Below are positions 40,119 to 49,094 of a stretch of DNA of 64,000 nt, piece by piece. Both the position numbers and the translations under genes were made by a program. The stretch covers positions 61,465 to 125,464 of the forward strand of contig CAVQGX010000021.1 of assembly GCA_963712115.1 (NCBI GenBank), read 5' to 3'. A model generated the notes under the pieces. That model worked only from the letters and a program-made list of their open reading frames with translations, was not told where the DNA came from and searched no databases. The DNA comes from an uncultured delta proteobacterium. GTDB taxonomy: Bacteria; Desulfobacterota; Syntrophobacteria; BM002. Position 1 is the stretch's first letter, and every line of letters starts with the position of its first letter.

Positions 40119-40970
40119 TTATTGCTGGACCGGCTTTTTCAGAGCTTTTTCGATCAGTTCCTGGAACCCGGCCATGCTTCGGTCTCGCAGAAGCCTGCCG
40201 TTGATAAACACCGTTGGGGTTCCTCGCACCCCCGCTTGGTTTCCCTCCAGGACGTCACGCCTTATTAACTCTATGATCTGGGGGTCTTTCCGGTCCCTTT
40301 CGAACTTTTCCATGTCCAGCTTGAGCTGCTGGGCAATCTCTTTTACCTTCTGTTCGTTCAAGCGGTTGTAGTCTTTGAAGAGCAGATCGTGGAACTCCCA
40401 GAACTTGCCTTGTTTTTCCGCCGCAAGGGCGGCGATGGCAGCCGGCATGGCAAACTTGTGGTTTCTAATTGGGAAGTTCTTGAACACCAGTTTCACCTGG
40501 TTGGGGTTTTTCTCGAGCACCTGCTCGAGTACAGGCACCAGCCTGGCGCAGTACGGTCACTCGAAATCGTTGAAGGTGGCGACCGCCACCGGTGCGTCAA
40601 CCTTGCCCTTGAAGGGGGATCCGGAAACGTTGATCTCCTGGATGAAATCCAGGGTGATGATCTGAACGGTCTTGTCTTTGCCGCTGGTGAGGAGCAGCAC
40701 GTCCTCTCTCGGGCCCACCTTGATTCCCTCAACACTCTTACCCACAGAAATAGTGTCTTCCAGCTTGCCGTCCGAGGAGTAGATGAGGATCTCGCCCTTT
40801 TCGGTGAGAACGAATATCCACTTGCCATTGAGCGCCATGGCCGCATCGCGGGGCTTCTCCTTTAAGTTGAGGGTGCCGGCCACATCCCATTCCACCGTGG
40901 CAGAACTGGAGGCAAACCAGGTAAACAGTAGGAACAGTGTCACGAGGAAAACCGCAAACCTGCTCTTCAT
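40119..40970 (-). CDS. Exported DsbA-like thioredoxin-fold selenoprotein (UxxC)
   Basis: ORFs 40557..40991 and 40119..40538 are in frame across TGA 40557-40559, giving FNDFE-U-PYC; KNFP, GKFWEFHD, GVRGTPT; signal peptide; SECIS-like hairpin after the UGA. Confidence 0.88.
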
Positions 40971-41272
40971 GCGCTTTTCTCCTTTCTCCACAAAAGCATC
41001 AGAGAAATCCGTTTAACCGGTTTTCGACCTTCTGGAGCCCCAGCTTACCTGTTATCTCCTGGTTTGCCAATAACTTAGTAGTTTCAAAACCCACCTGCTG
41101 TGCCGTTGAGATAGTTTGGCTTTGCTTGTTAAAAGATCATTAAGGGCTTGCCATTAACAGAGAAAGGAATTCCACGTTCCGCGTTCCGACTTCCGCGTTT
41201 AAATCCTCGTCTCGCGCGACCTCCCGTCTAGCTCGTTCTGATTCTACCAACCTCCCCAAGACTGGTAAATTA

Positions 41273-41302
41273 TTGACAAGTGAGAGCGAGAGGGTGTAAA
41301 GA
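41273..41302 (+). promoter_or_regulatory. Sigma-70 promoter for the riboswitch operon
   Basis: TTGACA at 41273-41278; TG-TAAAGA at a plausible -10 distance. Confidence 0.5.
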
Positions 41303-41318
41303 TTAGTCGAAAACTTGA

Positions 41319-41482
41319 GCTCCTTTCGCTACGGAATCCTGTGAAAGTCAGGAGCGGTCCCGCCGCTGTGAACTCGGCCCTACCGGGCAGAAACTCACGG
41401 CCACTAAGGGCCACTGTCCCGCTTAAGCGGGATGGGAAGGCCGGTCGTTGAACCGAGTGAGCCAGAAGACGGGTGAGGGGGG
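41319..41482 (+). ncRNA. Cobalamin (B12) riboswitch
   Basis: GGAA-TCCTG-TGAAAGT-CAGGA-GCGG-TCCCG-CCGC-TGT core; GCCACTG...GGGAAGGC; B12 box GAGCCAGAAGAC. Confidence 0.9.
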
Positions 41483-41513
41483 TTTAGGGTTTAAGGCTTT
41501 GTCGATGGTAAAG

Positions 41514-41548
41514 AAGGCCTTCGTCTGCTGGATGACGAAGGCTTTTTT
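41514..41548 (+). terminator. Attenuator terminator (riboswitch expression platform)
   Basis: AAGGCCTTCGTC-TGCTGGAT-GACGAAGGCTT followed by a T run; 20 bp before the ATG. Confidence 0.85.
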
Positions 41549-41568
41549 CATTTTGCGAGGTGAATTTC

Positions 41569-42633
41569 ATGAAAGCTGCTGTCCTTGAAAAACCAGGCCA
41601 CTTGGTAACAAGAGAGCTCTCTGACCCCAGCTGTCCGCCCGGGGGGGTGGTGGTGAAGGTTTTGGCCTCCCAGGTGTGTTCAACGGACCTGCACATGTGG
41701 CAAAGGGGCCATCCGGCACTGCATTGTCCCAGGATACTGGGCCATGAAATTGGAGGTGTGGTGGCTGAGGTGGCAAAAGAGGTGGAAGGTGTGAAAATAG
41801 GAGACAAAGTTCAAGTCTACCCTGGGATTTCATGTGGAGCCTGTAGATTTTGCCGACAGGGTAGAGAAAACCTTTGTCCCTCAATCAAAATACTGGGTTT
41901 CAGTGTGGACGGCGGTTTTGGCCAATACCTCACGTTGCCTAAAAAAGCTATTAAAAACCGTTGCTTAAATCTTGTACCCCATCCAGTGTCCACGGCCGAG
42001 GCCGCCATGGCCGAGCCCCTGGCCTGCTGCCTGAATGGCCTCGAAAAGGTAGCCTTGAAGGAGGATGAAACCGTTCTCATCCTGGGGGCAGGTCCCCTGG
42101 GATGTCTGTTCGCCATGATGGCAAAGCATCGAGGCTCCGGCAAAGTGATTCTTTTGGAGAAGGACTCCGGTCGTATTAGTCAGGCGCGCCAAGGATTGGA
42201 AGTTGATTTTCTCGATCCCAACAAGGTGGAAGTGGTGGAAGCGGTGATGGAACTTACCGGAGGTGAGGGGGCAGATGTAGTGGTGACCTGCTTCAGGGAA
42301 GCTGCCCTGGAGTACCCGCTTTTGGATTTAGCGGCCCCAGGAGGTCGAGTGCTGATGTTTTCTGGGATTTCCGCAGACAAAGGATTGGTGCCAACTGATT
42401 TAAATGCGGTCCATTACCGGGAACTAGCATTGATAGGTGCTTATGGTTGTACATCCGCTCAGTGTCAGCGGGCCCTTGACCTCATGGCCAACGGTCTGGA
42501 TGTAAATTGGCTCATATCGGAGAGGGTAACTCTCCATGACCTTGAGGAATCTTTTTCTGACCTTGCATCGAAAAATGTGATGAAGATATGTGTGGAACCT
42601 TGGGAGGATAATGATGAATTGGTTTGGCAGTAG
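41569..42633 (+). CDS. Zn-dependent medium-chain dehydrogenase (L-threonine/sorbitol dehydrogenase family)
   Basis: VCSTDLH, GHE, CGACRFC...NLC structural Zn site, AEPLAC, GAGPLG. Confidence 0.9.
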   Translation: MKAAVLEKPGHLVTRELSDPSCPPGGVVVKVLASQVCSTDLHMWQRGHPALHCPRILGHEIGGVVAEVAKEVEGVKIGDKVQVYPGISCGACRFCRQGRENLCPSIKILGFSVDGGFGQYLTLPKKAIKNRCLNLVPHPVSTAEAAMAEPLACCLNGLEKVALKEDETVLILGAGPLGCLFAMMAKHRGSGKVILLEKDSGRISQARQGLEVDFLDPNKVEVVEAVMELTGGEGADVVVTCFREAALEYPLLDLAAPGGRVLMFSGISADKGLVPTDLNAVHYRELALIGAYGCTSAQCQRALDLMANGLDVNWLISERVTLHDLEESFSDLASKNVMKICVEPWEDNDELVWQ

Positions 42634-43714
42634 GATACAGCGGTTAATAAACAAAGAGGACCTGGACAGGGATACCATTAGAAAAATGTTCACCCAGGTT
42701 TTGCGAGGGGAACAGCCAGATCTTCAGCAGGGCGCTTTTCTAGCGGCCCTAGTGGCCAAGGGTGAGACTGCCGCAGAGATAGCAGGGGCTTGGGAGGCAA
42801 TCCGGGAGGTGGATACGGTCAAGGTGGAACCCAAGGTGGACGGGCCAATCTTGGATAACTGCGGCACGGGAATGGATCCATTTAAAACCTTCAACATTTC
42901 TACCGCGGCTTCCGTCATTGCAGCGGCAGAAGGTGTGGTGTTAGCCCGGCACGGGGCAAGATCCATTACCTCCAGGTGCGGCACGGTGGATGTGGCCGAG
43001 GCCTTGGGGGTTGAGGTGGAGGCTGAGATAGAGGTGGCAAAGAAATCGGTGGAGCAATGTGGACTGGGGCTTTTCAATGGCATGAGTCCCTCGGTCCATC
43101 CAAAAGGGTTGTTTCGCATACTTTCAAAGATAAGGTTCGGTACCACCTTGAATATTGCGGGCTCTCTGGCCAGTCCGGTTCTGCCGCAATTAGGGGTGAG
43201 GGGAGTTTTTAGCCCGGGAATGGTAGACAAAGTAGCTGAGGTGATGGGTGAGATAGGCTACAAGGAAGCCTATGTTTTCCATGGTCTCAGGGAGAATGGC
43301 GAGCCGGGAATGGACGAGATTTCCAACCTGGGGCCAACCGTTTTCTGTCGATTGAAACGAAACGGCAATCTGGAAAGGTTCACGCTCGAGCCAGAGGAAT
43401 TGGGGCTAAAAAGAGCCAAGGCCGAAGAACTGGCTCCGGCCGAAAGTCCACAGGAAGAAGCAGTCAGGTTGGTGCGGCTGCTGTCGGGTCGGGACAATGG
43501 GGCCAGGCTCGAGGCAGTCTGTGTCAATACAGCCCCGATGTTCCTCCTAGTTGGGAAAGTGGGGGATTTTAAAGCAGGGGTCGAGCTCGCCCGGGAAATT
43601 GTCTTCACCGGTAAAGGGTTGGCCAAGCTCAGAGAGTGGGTCAAGTGTCAGAATAGTGATCCAGATAAGGGACTTGCGAGACTAAAGAAGGTGCTTGTTG
43701 AAGCTGGGGTATAA
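42611..43714 (+). CDS. Anthranilate phosphoribosyltransferase (TrpD)-fold protein with altered active-site motifs
   Basis: KGETAAEIAG, DNCGTGMD, TFNISTAA, RHGARS, GMDEIS; overlaps the dehydrogenase stop; RBS GGAGG; no trp genes nearby. Confidence 0.85.
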   Translation: MMNWFGSRIQRLINKEDLDRDTIRKMFTQVLRGEQPDLQQGAFLAALVAKGETAAEIAGAWEAIREVDTVKVEPKVDGPILDNCGTGMDPFKTFNISTAASVIAAAEGVVLARHGARSITSRCGTVDVAEALGVEVEAEIEVAKKSVEQCGLGLFNGMSPSVHPKGLFRILSKIRFGTTLNIAGSLASPVLPQLGVRGVFSPGMVDKVAEVMGEIGYKEAYVFHGLRENGEPGMDEISNLGPTVFCRLKRNGNLERFTLEPEELGLKRAKAEELAPAESPQEEAVRLVRLLSGRDNGARLEAVCVNTAPMFLLVGKVGDFKAGVELAREIVFTGKGLAKLREWVKCQNSDPDKGLARLKKVLVEAGV

Positions 43715-43720
43715 TTATCT

Positions 43721-43769
43721 CGCGCAGCGCAGAGCGCATGGCGTTGAGCATAGAGCATGGAGCATAGGG
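43721..43769. repeat. Heptamer tandem array (GCATAGA family)
   Basis: CGCAGCG CAGAGCG CATGGCG TTGAGCA TAGAGCA TGGAGCA TAGGG. Confidence 0.75.
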
Positions 43770-43809
43770 TCAAGTTCAAAGTCTAAAGTTCTCTTTGGGC
43801 TAGGCGATC

Positions 43810-45759
43810 TCACGTCTTTAATTCAGGCAGATCCACATAGCAGTCCAGGGCATCAGGATTTGCCAGGGCATCCTTGTTTTTTACTTCCCGCCCATGGACA
43901 ACATTTTGAACTGCCAATTCCACTTTCTTGCCACTGATGGTGTACGGAATATCGGCGACCTCGATGCATTTGGCAGGGACGTGCCTTGGTGTACAATTTT
44001 TGCGAATGGTTGTTTTGATTTTGTCAACTAGCTCATCAGTAAGCTTAATGTGTTCACGGAGTTTGACGAAAAGAACAATTCTCACATCATCTTCCCAGTC
44101 CTGTCCAACTACCAGACTGTCCACGATCTCGGGAATGCTTTCCACCTGGCGGTATATTTCGGCGGTGCCAATGCGCACACCGCCCGGATTGAGGGTGGCA
44201 TCCGACCTGCCGTAGATGATAACGCCGCCATGCTCGGTTATCTCTATATAATCCCCATGCAGCCAGACTCCGGGATACACATCAAAGTAAGCCTCACCAT
44301 ACTTAATATTGTTGGGATCGTTCCAGAAGTAAATGGGCATACTTGGCGCCGACATGGTGCAGACAAGCTCTCCTTTGTGTCCAATAACAGGATTACCCTG
44401 TTCATCGTAGGCCTCCACCTTCATGCCCAGGCCACGGCACTGGAGTTCAGAAGCATAAACGGGCCCCATGGGATTTCCCAGGGCAAAGCAAGAGATGATA
44501 TCCGTGCCCCCTGAGATGGAAGAGAGGCAGAGGTCATCCTTGATGTCCCTGTAGACGAATTCGAAGCTCTCGGCAGAAAGGGGAGAACCTGTGGAGAGAA
44601 TGGCCTTGAGCGAGGTCAGGTCGTAGGATACCTTTGGTTTCACTCCCGCTTTTTCCAGAGCGGCTAAATACTTGGCGCTAGTGCCGAAAATGGTGATTTT
44701 CTCGTCTTGGGTCATCTGCCACATTGCACCTGGATCTGGATAAAAGGGAGAACCGTCGTAGAGAAAAACCCTGGTGCCAAGGGCCAAGGAACTCACCAGC
44801 CAATTCCACATCATCCAGCCGCAAGTGGTGAAGTAGAAAATGGTATCTTCCCTCTCAACATCTGAGTGGAGCTTTAGTTCCTTGATGTGCTGCAAGAGAG
44901 TCCCTACCGCCCCATGAACAATACACTTTGGCACTCCAGTGGTACCGGAAGAATACAAGATGTAAAGGGGATGATTGGCGGGAACTTGTTCAAATGTTAG
45001 GTCCTTGGCCTCCTGGGCGAGAAAGTCCTCAAAGAGAACGGTGTTGGCCATGGCGGCAATATCAGGTTTCGTGTCTTTGTATGGAACAACGACAATTTTT
45101 TCTATGCTTGGCAGTTTCTTGATAATTTCCGAAATTCTATCCAAAGAATCGAACTCTTTACCGTTGTAGAAGTAGCCATCGGCGGTAAAAAGGATGCGAG
45201 GTTCAATTTGGCCAAAGCGATCAAGAACTCCTTTGATGCCAAAATCAGGAGAACAAGAGGACCAGATGGCCCCGATGCTGGTGGCGGCAAGCATGGCCAC
45301 CACCGTTTCGATCATATTGGGCATAAAGGCGGCAATACGATCTCCCGGTTCGATTCCCATGTGTCGCAGAGACTTAGCAAGGCGAGCAACCTGTTGATAT
45401 AGTTCATTGTATGTAATGCTCATGGTAGGGCGGGTCTCGCCCTTGAAGCTAAGGGCGATGCGGTCATCCCGGTACCGGAGCAGGTTTTCAGCGAAGTTGA
45501 GCCGAGCCCCTGCGAACCATCTAGCTCCCGGCATTTTGTTTATCTCATCTACCACCAGATCATAGGATCGACTGTGGATAACCTCAGCGTAATCCCAAAG
45601 GGTCGCCCAAAAAACAGGACTCTCCTCAATAGACCACTTGTAAAGATCCTCGTAATTGGCGAAAATTTTTCCATGGCGTGAGTTAACGTAATTCATGAAA
45701 TGATAAATATTAGTATTTCTGATACGCTCTGCCGATGGTTGCCAGAGAAGTTTGTTCAT
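43810..45759 (-). CDS. Acetoacetate-CoA ligase
   Basis: [61 protein letters not shown]. Confidence 0.93.
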   Translation of the reverse strand: MNKLLWQPSAERIRNTNIYHFMNYVNSRHGKIFANYEDLYKWSIEESPVFWATLWDYAEVIHSRSYDLVVDEINKMPGARWFAGARLNFAENLLRYRDDRIALSFKGETRPTMSITYNELYQQVARLAKSLRHMGIEPGDRIAAFMPNMIETVVAMLAATSIGAIWSSCSPDFGIKGVLDRFGQIEPRILFTADGYFYNGKEFDSLDRISEIIKKLPSIEKIVVVPYKDTKPDIAAMANTVLFEDFLAQEAKDLTFEQVPANHPLYILYSSGTTGVPKCIVHGAVGTLLQHIKELKLHSDVEREDTIFYFTTCGWMMWNWLVSSLALGTRVFLYDGSPFYPDPGAMWQMTQDEKITIFGTSAKYLAALEKAGVKPKVSYDLTSLKAILSTGSPLSAESFEFVYRDIKDDLCLSSISGGTDIISCFALGNPMGPVYASELQCRGLGMKVEAYDEQGNPVIGHKGELVCTMSAPSMPIYFWNDPNNIKYGEAYFDVYPGVWLHGDYIEITEHGGVIIYGRSDATLNPGGVRIGTAEIYRQVESIPEIVDSLVVGQDWEDDVRIVLFVKLREHIKLTDELVDKIKTTIRKNCTPRHVPAKCIEVADIPYTISGKKVELAVQNVVHGREVKNKDALANPDALDCYVDLPELKT

Positions 45760-46045
45760 GATCTCTGCTTCCTATTCATCTCTCTTTTGATGGTGTGCGT
45801 TTTCGTTTTACAGGTGAAGCATAATTTAAGGCCCGTCCTTGCTTGAGGGTAAGAGATTCAGCCCCGCTTTACAAGATACTAATTTATTGTATTGGCAATA
45901 TTCGTCAATAAAAGACTGTGCCAAACCGGGCTAGAATTTCCAGCTTGAAACTGGCGCAACAAAGGGCGACAAGAATGGTTGAGTGGCCAAATAGGTAGTT
46001 CTTTCGAAGAGGGCCTTGGAGTTAGCATAAGAGGGAGATTTGCCC

Positions 46046-46735
46046 ATGAAGGTTATCGGACTAATAGGCGGCATGAGTTGGGAATCCACCGCAGAGTACT
46101 ACAGGATAATAAATGAAACGGTCAAAGAGCGGTTGGGGGGACACCACTCAGCGAAGATTCTGCTCTACAGTGTTAATTTCGGCGAGCTAGTAAAATTGCA
46201 GCGAGAGGGACGATGGCAGGAAGCAACTGAGTTTATGTGCGAGGCGGCCAGGCGAGTCGAGCTAGGTGGTGCCGACTGTATTCTCATCTGCACAAACACC
46301 ATGCACAAAATGGCTACAGAGGTCCAGAGGGCTGTAATTATTCCTCTTCTACACATTGCTGACGCCACTGCCATGGAGATCAAAAAGAAGGGAATTGGAC
46401 GAGTTGCACTGCTAGGAACCAAGTACACCATGGAAGAGGAGTTCTATAAAGGGCGGTTGAGGACGAAGTACGGTTTCGAGGTACTCATTCCCCCCGAAGA
46501 GGATCGGAACATAATAAATCAAATCATATATGATGAACTTTGTCTGGGAAAAGTAGAAGACGAATCAAAGAAGCGATTTGTCCAAATCATTGGTGGATTG
46601 AAGAATCAGGGGGCCGAAGGAGTTATCCTGGGATGCACGGAAATATCGCTCTTGATCAAGCAGGAAGATTCGCCGCTGGAGCTTTTTGATACCACGGCAA
46701 TCCACGCCCGAGCTGCGGTGGATTTTGCCTTGTAA
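46046..46735 (+). CDS. Aspartate/glutamate racemase family protein
   Basis: IGLIGGMSWEST, CTNTMH, ILGCTEI. Confidence 0.93.
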   Translation: MKVIGLIGGMSWESTAEYYRIINETVKERLGGHHSAKILLYSVNFGELVKLQREGRWQEATEFMCEAARRVELGGADCILICTNTMHKMATEVQRAVIIPLLHIADATAMEIKKKGIGRVALLGTKYTMEEEFYKGRLRTKYGFEVLIPPEEDRNIINQIIYDELCLGKVEDESKKRFVQIIGGLKNQGAEGVILGCTEISLLIKQEDSPLELFDTTAIHARAAVDFAL

Positions 46736-46751
46736 AGTAAGGAATATAAAA

Positions 46752-47627
46752 ATGAAAGTTGCTCTCATTGGAACTGGTCGCATGGGTCGTCCTATGGCGG
46801 AAAGAGCCATGGCTTTGGGTCATCAATTGGTGGTCTTTAACCGCAGCCGTAATAAGGCGGAGCCACTTCGGTCCTCGGGGGCCTTGATTGCCGTATCGGC
46901 GGCGGAAGCCATTGACTCAGCCGAGTGCCTGATCCTGATGCTCGCCGATGGGGCAGCAATACGGGAAGTACTCTTCAACAGCGAGCCGACAGCCGATTTG
47001 CACGACCGGACTGTGATCCAAATGGGTACCATCTCGCCGGCGGATAGCGTTGCTTTCGAGAAGAAAGTGCTGGGCCTGGGCGGCGAATATCTTGAAGCGC
47101 CGGTCCTGGGAAGCATCCCCGAGGCAACAGCGGGCAAGCTTCTAATCATGGTGGGGGCTTCTAAGCAACAGTTTGACAAATGGTCAACCTTGCTTGAGTG
47201 TTTTGGCTCGGAACCCGTGTTGATCGGTGAGGTGGGCAAGGCTGCCGCGGTGAAACTTGCTCTTAATCAGCTAATCGCTTCTTTGACAGTGGGCTTTGCC
47301 TCCAGTCTAGGGTTAGTGAAGAGCCTAGGGGTTGAGGCGGAATTATTCATGAAGATCTTGCGCCGAAGCGCTCTGTATGCTCCGATTTTCGACAAAAAAC
47401 TTAAGCTTATGCTGGATCGCGACTACGGTATTGGCAATTTCCCCACCAAGCATCTGTTCAAAGATGTGGCATTGTTCCATAGTGCAGCACAAAGTGTAAA
47501 CTTAGAAACCCTAGGTATAGAAGCTATTCGCCGTCTCCTAGAGATTACCCTTGAAAAAGGATATGCTGAAGGCGATTATTCGGCTTTGTTTGAAGCAGTG
47601 AGCCCCCTTGACACTAGGCAAAGGTAA
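46752..47627 (+). CDS. 3-hydroxyisobutyrate/beta-hydroxyacid dehydrogenase family protein
   Basis: IGTGRMGRPMA, FNRS, GTISP, EAPVLGS, VKLALN, KD. Confidence 0.9.
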   Translation: MKVALIGTGRMGRPMAERAMALGHQLVVFNRSRNKAEPLRSSGALIAVSAAEAIDSAECLILMLADGAAIREVLFNSEPTADLHDRTVIQMGTISPADSVAFEKKVLGLGGEYLEAPVLGSIPEATAGKLLIMVGASKQQFDKWSTLLECFGSEPVLIGEVGKAAAVKLALNQLIASLTVGFASSLGLVKSLGVEAELFMKILRRSALYAPIFDKKLKLMLDRDYGIGNFPTKHLFKDVALFHSAAQSVNLETLGIEAIRRLLEITLEKGYAEGDYSALFEAVSPLDTRQR

Positions 47628-47768
47628 CTGCGAGACTGAGCGAGACGTGTTAGACTTTGATCAGGAGACTTCCTTGTATTCCCGACCTCTCGTCTCGCCC
47701 GACCTCCCTTCTCGCTTCTTTCTCCATGCTCTATACATGCCCTATGCCCAAAGGAAGGAGGATTATGA

Positions 47769-48140
47769 ATGACTGAACCTAGAGCAAAAGTCTGTCACTA
47801 CAGCGAAGTGGAGGCCGAAGTCTTCGGGGATGAAGCACCTGGTGTTACCATCCGTTGGGTCATAGATGAGGAAAGAGACGGTGCCCCTAATTATGCATTA
47901 CGGGTGATCGAAGTGGCTCCGGGGGGCAATACTCCCAACCATACCCATCCTTTTGAACACGAAAACTATATTATGGAGGGAAAAGGGAGAGTACAGATCG
48001 ACGGTGAGTGGTTCGAGGTAGCCCCGGGCGATGTAGTCTTCGTTCCCCCCAATAGCCAGCACACCTACGTGAACGCTGGGGATGAGGTTTTCAAATTCCT
48101 CTGTGGAATCCCGGTGTCTAGACTGAGGTCACAAGGTTAG
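47769..48140 (+). CDS. Cupin domain protein
   Basis: PGGNTPNHTHPFEHE...PGDVVFVPPNSQH. Confidence 0.9.
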   Translation: MTEPRAKVCHYSEVEAEVFGDEAPGVTIRWVIDEERDGAPNYALRVIEVAPGGNTPNHTHPFEHENYIMEGKGRVQIDGEWFEVAPGDVVFVPPNSQHTYVNAGDEVFKFLCGIPVSRLRSQG

Positions 48141-48286
48141 GATGGGGTGCAAAATATTCCTCCAGATAACGATGACTTGGGCCTGACGAATACCAACGAA
48201 GAGACGACAATCTGCTGTGGGATGAACAAAAGTTTCCCCCAAAATATATTTGTGATATAGGCCACGGGGAAGCTACTCCACAACGA

Positions 48287-48485
48287 GCATATTCGCGCCA
48301 TTTATTGGCAGAGTTCCTGTTGAGGATGCACCACATCTTCATGCAACCCCTTTCGGGGCTGAGATTGGCAAAGACAGGTTGCTCAGATACTCGTTGTTTT
48401 GCAGCCTCCCCTTTTGGCCTTCCCCTCGCCACAGATGCGGAAATACCTCCCGCCAGTCACTTCAGAAGAGACACCTGCAGCCACC
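48287..48485. mobile_element. MITE/REP-like element family M3, copy 3 (mosaic)
   Basis: 5' half matches the reverse complement of 20500-20582 with an about 48-bp insert; 3' half CCTCCCGCCAGTCACTTCAGAAGAGACACCTGCAGCC matches 7729-7765. Confidence 0.75.
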
Positions 48486-48660
48486 ACGAATATTCGGCAA
48501 TACTACCCATTGTCAAGAACTCTGTCATGTTCTGGCCATACCCCGCGGTCACTAAAGTGATTAGATAAATTCCAAAGGATAAAAATGGAAAAACTCCTGT
48601 GGCCCAAATCCACCGTCTAGTTTAGTTATCAGGACTGAAATCAGCGGCTTATAGAGTATT

Positions 48661-48826
48661 CCTGATCACCATCAAGGTATTAGATGCAAGGCGCCGAGGA
48701 GCGACGACTGAGGCGTATGGGGCAATACGCCGCAAGGAGGAGGGATCGAAGGGAACGCCGCCCTTCGACTTTGCTCAGGGCCGTGAGCCTGTCGAACGGC
48801 AGATGATGCCTTGATGGGGGATCAGG
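48661..48826. mobile_element. MITE-like element (GAGGCGTA..TACGCCGCA core) carrying a nested REP-like hairpin
   Basis: TIRs CCTGATCACCATCAAGGTAT / ATGCCTTGATGGGGGATCAGG; insert CCCTTCGACTTTGCTCAGGGCCGTGAGCCTGTCGAACGG at 48761-48799. Confidence 0.75.
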
Positions 48827-49094
48827 GGTGGGATGAAGGCTTGACAAGGTCTCTGCAAAGAGACAATAATGTAATATTGTTGCAAGAACTGTGACCGCGA
48901 CTGTCTCTAGCTTCCTGCGGGGAATCAAATCTTCTACTCTGCATTATGGTATAGCGCTAATTAATTACATTGATAAGATCTAGCAGCGGTGAGGGTCCTG
49001 TCTGGATAGTTCTCTTACAGCGCTTGACGGCAGTGGGCAACTGTTTATCTTTTGTAATAAAGGGTAAATGGCAGCGTCAGCAGGGGGTGGACAG

